DNA of 58,329 bases, counting the filler, from Platydemus manokwari (lineage: Eukaryota), in assembly GCA_037951405.1 (NCBI GenBank). It is 4 parts of 4 records of this genome, joined end to end, with 100 filler letters (N's around TTAATTAATTAA, not from the genome) between each part and the next. Parts side by side here need not be neighbours in the genome. Positions count along the whole stretch, not along the records: positions 26,412 to 45,122 come from JBBMOY010300002.1; positions 45,223 to 58,329 come from JBBMOY011840278.1; 2 more parts are not named here. One strand, given 5' to 3'. A model generated the notes under the pieces. The model did no database searches, was not told the origin of the DNA, and saw only the letters and a list, made by a program, of their open reading frames with translations. Position 1 is the stretch's first letter, and each line of letters opens with the position of its first letter. Position numbers and translations under genes: made by a program. Positions 32,801-46,608 of this stretch are shown in pieces.

Positions 32801-33789
32801 ATAAAACTAAGAATTTAAAAATATTTATTGATGTATAAATTTGTTGATTCGACAACTATGAATAAATAGCGTCGTAGAAATTGATGAGTTCTTTTTCGAA
32901 GTGGCCAAATGGTATTTGAGTTGTTGAAAGATTTGAGAGATATAATAAAAGGAATTGCTTCTAATTTCCAGTCCGCAATCGAAGGGCAGTGACTCTGGAA
33001 GCAGTGAACAAAATTTATATTTGGAATGATACTTTTATTTAATTACAGTTTTGTGAAACCATGATCCATAATATATACGAATTGTTGGTTTTGTTTTTCC
33101 TTTTTAATCTAAATTTGAATTCCGTGCAAATTTTTCATTAAAATATGATTACTAATAAATTTTTATATTAAATAACTCACGAAAAATTATTACTTTAAAA
33201 TTCTTTTTCTTAACTTAACCCTAGATTTTAATGTTATTCTTTATAATTTTAAATTTTATTTTTGTGCTATTAAAATTTTTTAAAATTTTTATTTATCTTA
33301 AGAAATGGCTAAATAAATCTCTATTAGTAATTATAAATTTATAATTAAAGTATTCATTAAATCAAACGGAGTAAAATAATTGCTAAAAATTTCAAATTAG
33401 ATTATCGTTTCTTTATCCGATTTCGTATGGTTTATATCTTGTAAATGACTTCTACATTAGTAATGTATCTCTTTTGTTCTATCTTGTTGACCACTTTTTC
33501 AACGATCATTTCCTCTTCTTCGGCTTTTGGGGTATGATTATCGTAAATATTCTGAATGTAATCACGAAATTCTATAATTTATATAACTCTTTTTCATATT
33601 TGGTTTTTTAATTTTGAGTAATGTGGAATTTGCCCTTCGCTGCATAAAACATTCAAAGTAGTTACTCGTTCCAGTTATCATCTGAATCTCAATTACTGCT
33701 ACCTATTCGTCATTGATTATGAATATTTTGTCTGCATCGTATTTTTCTTGCCGATGTAGCACTTCTTGATCGTCAATATTCTGCACAGT

Positions 33790-34042
33790 TGTCACACCGT
33801 CACGACTCCGTCTAAGTGTTCAGTTGTTGAAGAGCTCCATCGTATTTGAGTGACTGTAGAGTCCGTTTGTTTCTACTGTTGATTTGTAAGTACTGGTTTC
33901 AAAGATTGATTGAATTGTGAATTTGTAATATTTTTTTAAAAATATTTTATATTTGGTGCATTTATATGCCGATTGTATGTATATTTGATTGTGTTGAGTG
34001 TGTAATTAGATTATATAGTCTATTGGCAATCTCCATCTCACA
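33790..34042 (-). mobile_element. Possible LTR (TG...CA bounded) with decayed internal sequence toward 33400
   Basis: Segment starts TGTCACA and ends TCTCACA. The adjacent minus-strand sequence has broken coding-like fragments. No second LTR seen. Confidence 0.25.
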
Positions 34043-36489
34043 TTTTCAACCCAAAATTAAATAAAATATCATAAATTATGAAACATCAATAAACATTAAT
34101 AATTATTATAGTAATAGTAATTATCAGTAATTAGAATAAATAATTTTAGCAACACTGTTTTAAAAATAAATGATAACTAATATGTCAACTGTAACATGTA
34201 CACTGAATTGTCAATCGTATCTCATTTATACCCAAGTTGCTTGACCCCTAACTTGTATGATATATTATCTACGAGGTTGGTCAAACGAAGACTTGATGGT
34301 AAAAGCTTATATCAAAAGCATAGTCATTGCGATAATAAACAATATAATGATTGAAGATAGAATCTAGGGATCTTGGTTAAGATGTCGATAGCATGCCCGT
34401 GATTAACATATTATTTAACTTTAGAGATTCGTAAAATTGTGATAGATTTGATTACTGATTCTATCTAAATTATTATCAAAAATCCCAAAGTAGTTGAATT
34501 AAAATATTCACTGCTTAATCTTGATTGAGATCTCAATAGAATACCCGCATATTCCACTAATTTGAGTTCCCATTCCAATTGTGATTGACACCAGTATTCG
34601 ATTCTCAGTCTATGTTCTTTCCATGAGATTAGATTTTCGGATTTTCAGTGTGATTAATTTTTATGTAAAAGAATGTATTTGTTTGCTCCCATAAAATTCA
34701 AAGTGATTACAATATTTTCTAAAATGCCAGACTATTTGAACTGAAATGGATGAGAATGTTTTAAATGTTCGTACTCCGTTACTCCGCAAATATAAATCTG
34801 TTGTATAAGCACAAAAACTTCACGAGAAAAGTAAAGGGGTATGTGGTTAGGTGCTCGTAGAATTTTACATAAAAATAAAAGTATGGAACCAAAGAGCCGT
34901 AGGTATGTAGTTAATTATAACAACAATAAAAAATTTACTGATTGTGGAGTATCTTCAGCATAATAGATATAGAAATACACACTGTAAACGCATAAGGAAA
35001 TAATATCAAAAATCGTTCGAAAAATTGCTCAAATAACAATGTGCCCACAATGTTGAGCTTTTAGATTTGTACGAAAACTTTTGTGAGTAGTAACTTGAGT
35101 CATTTATTTATATACTTTTTCAAATTATTTCATGTGTGTCTCATGTTTCATGTCATTATTTTAAGTAACATTCTATGATTACTATAACGTTGTCTCTAGT
35201 GTATTTTAGTTGTCTCTAGTGTATTGCTACTATTTTTAGTTCATATAGTTATTTATAGTAATTTTTGTTGTTATTCTATTTTTGTACATCACGCGATTTC
35301 TGTTTTTAAATTTTGATTAAACTTTGTTATGACCTTGAGGTCTATGAAACAAATCAAAGGATTAAACAAATTTCTAAATTTTTATATACATTTTTTTTAA
35401 AACTTTAATTTTGTTCGTATTTTCGAAATTTTTTAATTGCTCAAATGGTTCCTTGTTCCTAAAACACTATTGACCGGGTCCAACCGACAGTAAATATACT
35501 TTATTCTGTTATAGACAAATATAATTCAATTACCTATCAACATTTATACGTCAAAATACTTTAAATATTTGTCGGGGACTGATTATAGGGTATTTCGTAC
35601 CCATTTATGATTTCGAACATTGTAATTGGATTAATGAAATAAAATCGCGGAATCAAATATCAGAAATACATCTTATAATCTTAAAATGTCTTATTATATA
35701 TTTATCGATGTTTTAAATCAATACAAATATTTATTTTTTAAGAAACATGTTTGAGAGAATTCTGAAACAAGAAAAACAAATATATTTCAATTTTTATTTT
35801 ATTAAAAGTATTAGACGAAAGACTATTTTTTTTATTTTCAACGAATTAGTTATTTCGAACAAACTCTTTATTTAGAATCGAGATTAGCATAACAATAGCG
35901 ACGAATAAGGTTTATTGTGACTTTGACGGGATTGTAATTTGTGTATCAATTTAGAATTCTAAATAAACACCAGAAACAAACCAGTAATTTTTTTAAAAGC
36001 GTATGATTAATTAAATTGTTTTTTATATTTTAATTATTCCTGACCATAAAATAATAATCATTCTTTCTTTAATTTTCCTCCACAGGTTTTACAAGAACAA
36101 CTTATAGCTGGATATTAATTCCAAGTCAGCATTTTAGAATATTAAACTTAGAAAAAATTCATAAAAATAAACTCTTAATTTCAGAACACCCATCACCGAA
36201 ATAAAATTATGATCATTATTAGTTATTATTATTATTAAGTCAAGTGTAGATATGCAAATACAATAATAAAATTTAAATTCGTAATACATTATCATTCATC
36301 ATCAAAATTCATAATACAGAGTAAATACTCATAATGGAAATAAAATAAATGTCACAAGAGTAGGATAAATGTCTATTTTCACAAAAATGAGTCAAGGTAA
36401 TATTTGATAACCATAGCTTAAATTTTCAAATACTTTTTGGTATTTCTGCAATATTGATATTCCCACTAGCAGTAGGTCATATTATTGGA

Positions 36490-36950
36490 CTATTTCATAA
36501 AATATGAAGTAAAGTAAAGTCTAAGAACTTCAAACCACAAAAGTATAATTTAAAAAAAATCAAATTAAATGGAATATTTTAATATTTTAATATAAATGAA
36601 TTTTTGTATTTTAATGATCGTTTAAAATTATTTAATTTTAAAAATCCTCACATTCTTGTCTTTTATTTTTTGTCTTGTCTAAATTCTTTCTTATCTTTGT
36701 CTTATATGCATTCTCGTCTATACTTTTCTGTCATGGATCTTCTCAAAATCGATTTCAAATGTGTGATCATCACATCAGCTGCTACTATATCATAAAATAC
36801 GAATTGAAAACAGTCTAAAAATTTCAAACCACAAAAACATATTTAACCAAAATATTCAAACATTATAAATTAATCATTTTTACTTTTCAATATCAATATA
36901 TTTTCTAGTTAAAATGATCATTTAAATTTATTTGACTTTATAATTCCCAG
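36490..36950. repeat. Diverged local tandem duplication (period ~295 bp)
   Basis: tcataaaatatgaagtaaagtaaagtctaagaacttcaaaccacaaaa vs tcataaaatacgaattgaaaacagtctaaaaatttcaaaccacaaaa, and aatgatcgtttaaaattattt vs aatgatcatttaaatttattt. Confidence 0.6.
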
Positions 36951-37481
36951 AATGAGATTTATTTTAAATCTTTATTAATGGTTTTACCCGGTTGATTTCA
37001 GTTACCGTGTTGAACGTTTTGAGGTGTTATAGAACTTAGGTCAATGTAAAGTTAAAATAAAGTCGTAATAACAATGAAAAGCTTTAATAAATTCTTCGAT
37101 TTCAGGATAATATATTTTTAGAATCACTAATTTTCGATATTCGAAGATCTTTTCAAAAGTAAAAATGTTTACATTAATTTATTCCAATATAAAATCTGGA
37201 CTTCATTTTTCATTGTTGACTTATAATGGATAATTTTTTAAAGAAATTGTTTGGGTTAGAGTTAGGGAATATAAACGATCGATGATAGTAGTTCTGTACT
37301 TGATAAATAATTGGCTCAATGATAAAAGACTTAAAACTATTTAAATAAAACGTGCCACTTCACTTGTGTTTTAAGCAATACCTTTCACAATATACAATGA
37401 ACGAATTGCATTCGAAAGATCAAATGAAACAATTCTAAGAAACAAGCACGGTAAAATGTTCATAGAATTTAACATAGTTAA

Positions 37482-37708
37482 CCACTTAATGCGAGGGTTA
37501 TTCTGTGAAATGAGGTTTTAAAAAGCAGGTTTTTTGTTTTTATTTATAATATTGATAAAGTAGAAATCATAATTTAAATTTATCGAAAAGGTATCGCTCC
37601 AGATAAAAATATAAACACAATATTTATAAGTGGCGAGAGGTACTCGGGATAGCGTAAATCGGAACACATTTGATGCGCGAGAGGGTCTCGTTCGAAATGC
37701 TTAAGTGG
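37482..37708. mobile_element. Possible TTAA-specific (piggyBac-like) MITE
   Basis: TTAA|CCACTTAA ... TTAAGTGG|TTCA: 8-bp TIR with one TSD mutated, plus repeated subterminal gcgagagg-ctcg motifs. Confidence 0.45.
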
Positions 37709-40449
37709 TTCAAACTTCTAGATAATGGACTATAAATATGTATACTGGCAAGCGTTATAATGTAGATCTTTAAAAAGGTATTAAATTGTGTTCATCAAAG
37801 ATCTTTAATAACGTTCTAGTTATAATAGAATTCGACAAATGATTTGCTTGATATTACAAATAGATTGACAGTGTAAATTATTGATAAGTTTATTTCACTG
37901 CAACTACTCGATATAACAGACAATTCAAGGTCTATTGGTATTAAGCATAGTTTGTTTTGAATTGATCTTATAAGATAATAACGATAAAAGAAATTTGTCG
38001 TTTGGAAAATATTTACAAAATATCATTAAGTATACCGATGTTGTTCCTGATATTTCTACTTCTTATCGAATAAAATTTTAAAAAAAATATTTTAAACTTG
38101 TATTTTTGTATTTGAGATTTGGGAGCCATCAATGTTTCTGATGATCAACTGATTAACAACTGGGGAACATTAACGGCACGATTTTTTTATTTTTATTTTC
38201 GATAACAGCATAAAGTTATATTAATATAAAAAAAGTGTAATCGGTTAAGAAAAAAATATAATAATTTTTATAAGCTGGAAAATGTTAGAGTAATTTTTAT
38301 TAGGTCGTTTATTTTATTTGAGAAATTTTACATTTTTTATTTTAGTGTAAAAATTGTATCGATTTTATATTTATGTATTAAAGGGAAATAAACTTCAAAG
38401 AAAGCCAGTGCCATTAAACTAATTAGTGTAATAAAATCTAGCATTCTCAGTGGAAATAAAAATTCCGAGAAATAAATTGTTGCCAGAAATTTAAGATAAT
38501 CAAGACAATTTAGAAATCACAACTTTCAGAGAATTTTTCTGAATGTTTCCTTGCGAATGACCCAGTAAGCCATTTAGTATTTAAGTACTGACATAAATTA
38601 TCCGTGATTATTTGCCATTAGTCCAGATGTTTTCAAGTTAGAATTCAGCTGTTTGTTAGCCGGAGCGTCTGTGTTTTTACCGCATTACTGGATGATTTTC
38701 AAGTAATTTTCTTAGTTATGAAATTCTTTATAAGCATGTATGTCTTATATAATCAACATCCTTGTGACAATATTCATCTTTGATATTGTAAAGGAGAAAG
38801 GAGTCGTAGACTTCTCCGTTCAAGTAACATTCCCAGCTTATCAAAGTAAATTAATAATCGTATTTGTTGCATGTTTATATTATATTTCATTATTAGTTTG
38901 CTTTGGTTTTATATTAAATTTTTGTATTATAATTGTTAAATGACATCGTTTCCTTTGGTTAGTTTTGTAATCACTGTAGGTAATAAAATTGATTAAAATT
39001 CATTGTCATTTCCTCATCTTTTTAGTTGAAATAGAAGTTTTATCAACATTAAGAAGTCAGCTGCTAACAATGTAAAATCTAACCATAACAATTAAATTCA
39101 GTAACAACAGTGCCAAGAAGAACTCATTGAAAGTTATAAGTTATAGCTTTAATAGTTTTTATAAAATACTATTAATGTCTATTGTATTGTTTTCAGAGTA
39201 TCGTGCAATCTGAGGCAAAAGAAGATCGAAACAACAGATACATTACAATCGAGACATTAGATTAGATTTCATAGATACTGATGGAAATTTTAACAAGTGA
39301 TGATGAAGTGGATTTAAATCAATGAGTTAACCTCAATGATTTAAATCCTAATTCAATTTATGTTCTTTAACAGTAGATGATTGGTAACTCCACAAAAAAT
39401 CTAACTCCAAACAGAGAATTATGTGGTGTTCTTATAAATAAGTTATAAAATAACGAATATTATAAAATAATTTTATTGATACTAAAATATACAATTTGAA
39501 ATCACAAATCGATTTTAACAGACTGAGTGTTATGCCCTAAAGAATACAAAATTCGGCGGAGGGTCCAGGGCACCCTACTCCCAATTAAACTGAAGAAGCT
39601 AACGTGATTTTAGGTCATTTAAAATCTACAAATTCTAACGACTTTGTAGAGTAAAGTTTTATTGTTTTTCAACTAATCTCTTATCGGAGAATGATGAAAA
39701 GGCAATGATACAAATAAATACTATGAAAATTACCATATCATATGTGCTTCGAATGATGAATGAATGATCAATTAAATTCCACAATTCGGTTGAATATATA
39801 ATTAGTAGCAATATGCGTTGCTGATTAATTGTCGAAAAACGTTTGCTTCCGAATTTTCTTTGTACAAATTTTTATGTTTGCGAGGAAAATTTCTGTGTAC
39901 CGAATTATGACTGGCATCCGCTTATATAGTCTCTGTCATTGCATGCTGTGTGCACGCGATATGTCATAATTATTCCTGCCTAAGTGAATTGCAGTGTTGT
40001 CATGGTGATATTGACTTTTATTTAATTCACCATCCCAACATGCATTAATAATTCGTATGAATCATTTTTATAATTATTCATGTCTGTCATAAGACCAAAA
40101 ATTTTAATATTCTTTATTTGTTTATTTTAATTTTATTATTATCTATGTACTTATTATGGTATTTTCATTATTTTTGTTGTAATTTTTTATTATTATTATA
40201 TTTCTATGTTTATCTAAATATATATATATATATATTAGTGTTTATTACTACGGATATCTATGTATCCAACAATACTGATTAAGCCATTAATGATTTCCAT
40301 ATAAATTCATCAACTGAATAACCTAGCTATAGTCATGTTGAATAAGATGGAAAAACACTAAGGCCGAACACAACACACACAATTATATATATATATATAT
40401 ATCTTGAATCTTTCTCAGTTTACTGTTGATATCAATTAATTGCTTATCA

Positions 40450-42255
40450 GTTTGATTTGTTAGCCCACGTGTGCGTTATTTAACGTTGTGAACAATTAGC
40501 TTCACCTAGCATGAATTTTCCACCTGCATTTCTGTGGTAGGTTTCTTTTCTACATGGGATTTAGAAATCGAATTAGGGTAAGTTTGAATCTGAGTGTTGA
40601 TTTTTTCCTGGTATTTTACATGTATGTTAAAGCTTTGTGGTTAGTGCGGTTATAAACTTTTTACAATGTAAATGATGTTTAAAATGCATGGCAACTTCAT
40701 GGGTGGTCAAAGGTTCTTTTCTCATAACATAATAGCTTTTTGGATGATTATTGAGAGTTCCCATAACTAATCATTTAGTTTAGAACTGCTTCAAATTGCT
40801 CCAATACCTGCGTTAGTATCTGCACTTAGATATGAAAAAGCTAAAATACATGGCAATTACAACTCTTCACTGATTTTATTCAATTTTTGTCATAATCGGT
40901 GATTCTTCTCATTCCCGGACATTATAGTTTTTGATAAACCGATGGTAATAATTGTTTAATCTTAGCAACGATCTCAACTAGGTTTAATTACTTTTCAAAT
41001 ATTCCTTACTTAATCGTCATTGAATTCTATGCGTTTCACACTAATCGTATGACAGAAGAAGTTGAATTTCGTAATATCAAATACACACTTTGCGTATATT
41101 TTTAATCAATTTCCTTTATCTTTTTTAATCACGTTCATGGCATCAATTAATTCTATTGCTGGTAAGAATATTCCACACTTCTTCATCACATTGACTCAAC
41201 TAAAAAATCTTCGTTAACTTCTTTTATCATAATGATTTTCTTCTCTAGTACTCTTATTTCATGTGCGTTGGAAAGCAAATTTCAGAACTTAACTTCATAC
41301 TTTTTGAGCTACAACGTACCTTCAGTTGTTCTTATTCATTATCATTATTCCATAACCTTTTGATTTTTGACCCATTGAAGGTCACTGTACTTCACTGTCT
41401 ACTGTGTGTTATCTTATCATCATGTTATCTATGTCTATTTCTAATTTATCTTTAGATTATGCATATCCCTATTATTCAACCTTATTGACAAGATAGTTGC
41501 CATTTTTTCTTCTTTATTTTCTGAGTGAATTTTATTTTTATTTTCTTCATCTTATTGTAAAGATTTTTAGTGGACTTTCATTGTTAAATAGCATTCTCTT
41601 CTTTCGCGTGAATCGAGCATTTATCTCGCAAAGAACACTCAATCTTTCAATGTTTCAAATTGCTACAGTAAAAGCAAGTTCCAGACCTCAAAATATTATC
41701 TGATGACGTGGTTTTTCTTTAAAGACTTCGTAAGAAAATGCCTCTACGGGGTAACATCATGTGCTTTCTCTACATAGGTTTAATGACTGAGTTTAATTGT
41801 CTGGCATGGATTACTTGAAAGTCCTTGTTCAAGCCAACACGAATGACTCTTAGTTCCTAAAGAATAAATAATTTCAATATCCCTTTTAATGTCATTTTTT
41901 GTTGCACATTCTGAAAAGTGTTTGCGTATGTGAAGCTCATAGTTACTCTACTTTGAATGTCTTTTCTTGCAAAATTTTTTTAAGAACAATGCATCTATTA
42001 CTCAATTCCAGACTTCTTCTCTGCAAGTGCTGAATTCATGCCATAGTTGTGAAGCAGCATATCGAAAGCAAATGATGGATTCATTTGATTAAATGTAGAG
42101 AAGTCGATGTTCGTCCGAAAACAAATATCCGCATTTTGGAATACATTTCCTTAGATTTTTGAGGTAATCTGTAGATAATTTCCCGACTCTCTTTCTTTAA
42201 TTATATCCTTTATTTTGGTGATAGCGCTAGCAAGAACAACGTCAGTAATCATATT
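40450..42255 (-). mobile_element. Degenerate Ty3/Gypsy LTR retrotransposon internal region (gag-pol relic)
   Basis: Gag knuckle GTCFYCSNLKH*KIEC (CX2CX4HX4C, ~41630-41690). RT end KCVFDITKFNFFCHTIS and NYYHRFIKNY. RNase H-like AGIGAI, YYVMRKEPLT..HFKHHLHCKKF, RTNHKALTY. Many stops and deletions. Confidence 0.75.
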
Positions 42256-42982
42256 AAAAAAAATTTTAAATAAAAAGTACATTAAACAAATACAGGAATA
42301 ATTATTAACAATCAATAGTGTATAACTGTTATTACAATGATTATATTGTATATTATTGAATTGATCTAGATCTGTGTCTTAAAACAAGGGCGTAAAACTG
42401 TATAGAAAATTTGTCAAAATCAAATTAAATTTAAATATTTACAAATTAATGTCAACGACAACTGTGATTTATAATAATCATCAATCGAATTGAAGTGATT
42501 ATATGTAGATTTATTATTATAAAAGGCAAAAGACATTTGTTTTATTTTGAGTTTCATTATTCCATTTGAGAAATAGCAATATATTCACATTCATACCTTC
42601 GTCAAAAGGTAATCTGAACTGATTTGATATTTCGAAATAAATCAGAAAATTTCATTGATTTTCTGCCATATGTCTTGAAATCCAAAGAATAAAAATAAAA
42701 CTATAAACACAATAATATATCAACCCAAATTAGCTTCATCACAAAACAAAAAACCATATATACATAATACAGTACATGAAACACAAAAACATAATTCAAA
42801 GTAGAAATGAAAATAACAGTAAAAGAATAAATTTCCGAACAGCAATTCTAAATTGTCGGATATATAAACTAGACGTTAATATATTTCAATAACCATGTCA
42901 AGCTCGAAATGAATAAAGAAGTCATGAAGATTTCATTTGTAGTTTTGATTTACATTCCAATGTTACTTAATCCCATCTCGTT

Positions 42983-43158
42983 NNNNNNNNNNNNNNNNNN
43001 NNNNNNNNNNNNNNNNNNNNNNNNNNNNNNNNNNNNNNNNNNNNNNNNNNNNNNNNNNNNNNNNNNNNNNNNNNNNNNNNNNNNNNNNNNNNNNNNNNNN
43101 NNNNNNNNNNNNNNNNNNNNNNNNNNNNNNNNNNNNNNNNNNNNNNNNNNNNNNNNNN
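42983..43158. other. Scaffold gap (176 N, no linker)
   Basis: Plain N run, unlike the 100-nt spacers. Confidence 0.95.
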
Positions 43159-43610
43159 AGTTCCATATGTAATCTAATCTTAATAATATCTGTTGGACGG
43201 GATAATTATATCAACAAATCGATTATTCAAAGTCTAATATAAAAATCACCACCAACCTAACAACCGTATTTGTCAATTATTGAATAACGATATACACTCA
43301 GATAACGACGATTAACACCACAAATATCGTTATAATTTACAACGATTATCTATGACATATGGTAACTGATCAATGCCATTACTTTTCTAATATTTGATAT
43401 TTGAAAAGCCTCAACAAACATTTTCACTGGAAGAAAATAAACAATAAGAAAAATAAACGACAGATAATAATAAAATAAAATAAAAAATAAAAAATAAAAA
43501 CAACAAATTGATATTTATATATCTATATAAATGTATTTACATACTTCATTGGAGAAAGATCGAGATTTATCAAAAAAAAAATTCTCTTTTCAACTAGAAC
43601 ATCAAATTCT

Positions 43611-44642
43611 CTAACCAATTCTTTGGAGAACCTTTTCGACGGCTTTCGTTTGATTTTCACAAATCGTCAAATAATTTATCGAATCGATTCCATACAATTT
43701 CGGGTTTGACGCCGATCGTTTTTGTGCACTCAATTTGTTATTGGTGTAATTCGAAACATTCATATATGTTTCAGAAAAATCAATATACGTGTACTGGATT
43801 GGAGAAGGCTCATCATGAGCTTTACGATCGGTGACTGGTGTAAATGAGCTCTTGTTATTAAAGAAATAATCCGTCGATTTTGATGCTCGTTTTCGGTGAG
43901 GCTATGAGGAAATAAATCATAAATTGTTTTCAATGAAAAAGTGTTATTTTTTTTTAATAATCATCTCTGAAGAAAAGAGACACTATAAGCAAAAATAAGA
44001 AAGAAATTCGTTTAATGCTATTAGAAAACTTGATATACATCGACTTTTCCATTAAAAGAATACATTAAATGGTAAGGTTACGTATGATGTCAGAAAATGA
44101 TTAGTTTGTAAAATCAGTTTTCAAAAATATCTAGGTTAAAATGTTCCCTAGTGACTATGTTCCCTAGTAACATATTAGAAAAAATCACAAAATCACTGAA
44201 TCAGTAATTTATTCCATGTTTAAATGTCTTACAATTGTCAGATGGATATAAATGGATGAATGTCTGTTAGAAATCAAAAGAAATATCTGAACAAAGACAC
44301 GCTATCGAATGGAGACACTGTGCAGTATTGAAATCACTTCAACTCGATGATATATGTATTCATTGGACATATACTGGATACAAATTGTCGAAAATAATAA
44401 TAATAATAAACGTCTAAACACATCGAACAGGAAGTCATGTCAATTCAGATAAACAAAAGACAGCTGATAACCATGACAATCATTAAACTTACCAAATCGA
44501 CAACCAAGTCACTCTTGGAAATTTGATATGATTGCGTTGATGCCAGGTTGTAATAATCAGGAGATGATATTTGGAAAGGTGCAACATATTTTTTATTGAT
44601 TATCTCGTGTGATTTGGAATTGTTCAACTTATCTTTGTTGGA
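43611..44642 (-). CDS. 3' exons of a Gab/DOS/FRS2-like tyrosine-kinase docking protein (5' part missing)
   Basis: Exon 44642-44493 has a clean TAG acceptor and GTAAGT donor and contains DYYNL. Terminal exon 43901-43611 is open for 96 aa with IQYTYIDF...INYLTICENQTKAVEKV, resembling the Gab1 C-terminal YLDL...VDYVVVDQQKTLAL pair. Small exons between (44230-44375) are unresolved. Confidence 0.5.
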
Positions 44643-45088
44643 CTAAATAATATTTCGTTTAAATTAAATAATTATATAATTAATTAATTAATCAATATCA
44701 ATTAATTATCTAAATTTAATATAGAATAACTAATAAAAATAACTGTTCGACAAACCATAAAACAATTTGGAAAATATATAAAAAATAAAATAAATTAATA
44801 TAATCACTCTAAAGCTTGATGTAATGATTTGATGATGCCTTGATAATTGAAACAAATCTCAATAATTTTTTGGATAAAATTTAGATAATCATTATCATTT
44901 AATAATTATTCACCAATAATAAATGATAATATGATGGAACAATATAATTATTTAACACCAACAATAATTTATAATTATCGAACTTAATTGTTTTAAAAGT
45001 TTAAAAATGTATAAAATTTTCAAATCTTTTAATTAAATTATTCGTTTGATTGTCTCGTATTGTCTCGTTTGTATTGAACTACTGGTCA

Positions 45089-45122
<34 letters not shown>

Positions 45123-45222
45123 NNNNNNNNNNNNNNNNNNNNNNNNNNNNNNNNNNNNNNNNNNNNTTAATTAATTAANNNNNNNNNNNNNNNNNNNNNN
45201 NNNNNNNNNNNNNNNNNNNNNN
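45123..45222. other. Artificial contig spacer flanked by (ATT)n repeats
   Basis: 44N-TTAATTAATTAA-44N, with ATT microsatellite on both sides. Confidence 0.95.
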
Positions 45223-46608
45223 TATCATTATTATTATCATAATTACTATTATAATTACTATTATTAATATTATTATTATCATTATTATTTTTTTATCATT
45301 ATTACTATTATTATTATTATCATTATCATTACTATTATTTTTCATATTTTTTTCAATGAAAATATTAAACAATATTTATCTATACAAATTATCAGATTAT
45401 TTTTTAAATATGTATTCGAAATTCAAAAGAATCAAAGTGGGATGAATTTCCTTTCAATTTCCATTTTCATTTCCAATGGGAATTGGTTTGGGGAATTTTG
45501 TCTTTGGTTTGGAATGGGAATCTAACTAATAAGTGGAAAATTTCTGTTTGACATAAAGCAATTTGGTTGATTCCGAAAACAAAAAATCGTTACAAATATT
45601 TGTTTTAAATTTCTTTTATTAATGATTGATATATGGCATATTTGTAGAAATTCTTCTATGAAAGATGTTTAGGCTCAATTTTTGAATATTAATGTTTAAT
45701 TTTGTTAAAAGATTATTTCTGTTATTATATTATTTGTTATTATTGTCTTTATTGTGAATGATATGCTGATATGGAAACAAAATATAAACACAACTAGTAT
45801 TCAAACGACAAGTGATAAATATTAATGAAGTTGAATGAAGTGTGAGTTTGATTGAACGGGCTAACCGTATAATCTAAAAAACCTATACAAACAATATAAG
45901 GGGAAAACTATGATTTTATTACTTATAAAGCAAATCAAGCGTGATTAGTGCGCGATATATTGCAATTAAATAATACATGCGACTTTGAATTTACTCAAGA
46001 GGGTCTATATCTTTCATGAGAAATAACTGGATAAATTTAGTGGAATTTGTAGCAATAACTAAAAATTATAGCAAAGATTCTTAATTGTGGTCATTTTCTA
46101 TGAAATTCTGGCATGACTAAGCTTGATATCGAGAGGTTTGTGTATCTTAATTCTAGTGTGGATAAATTTGGTGTAGTAGTGCATTGGGAATAAGTTTATT
46201 GCCACTTAATATCGTTTGACTGCAATAATTATGGCTCAGTCATGTTCTTGTTTATTATTATGGGGTTTTTAATTGCTAAATTTAGATTTTATATTTAAAA
46301 ATCGCGTAGTTCTATTTTTAGTCTGTTCTAATTTTATTTATTTCGTCTGCTGGCTATGTTAGTTATAATTCCTAACATGAATATGGAGTACGAAATCGGT
46401 CGATCGATGGGATACTTGTTGAAATTATAAGTGGTCCAATCAATCAATCTGATGATATTTATCATCATTATTTCAAACTTGGTTATTATAGAAGGAAAAT
46501 ACCATTCACAATTCATAAGTTTTGCTAAAATTATAAAATAATCATCTAAAAAGAAATGCAACAATAATGATTCTCTAAGCTTCTTTCTACATAATTACCC
46601 ATAATCAG

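Noticed and set aside
41698-41745. CTGATGA...GAAA hammerhead-like core (also near 49154 and 49748)
   Set aside because: No stem II or flanking helices can be formed.
42909-43172. ORFs containing X runs (also 45175..45372)
   Set aside because: Artefacts of N gaps and ATT microsatellites.
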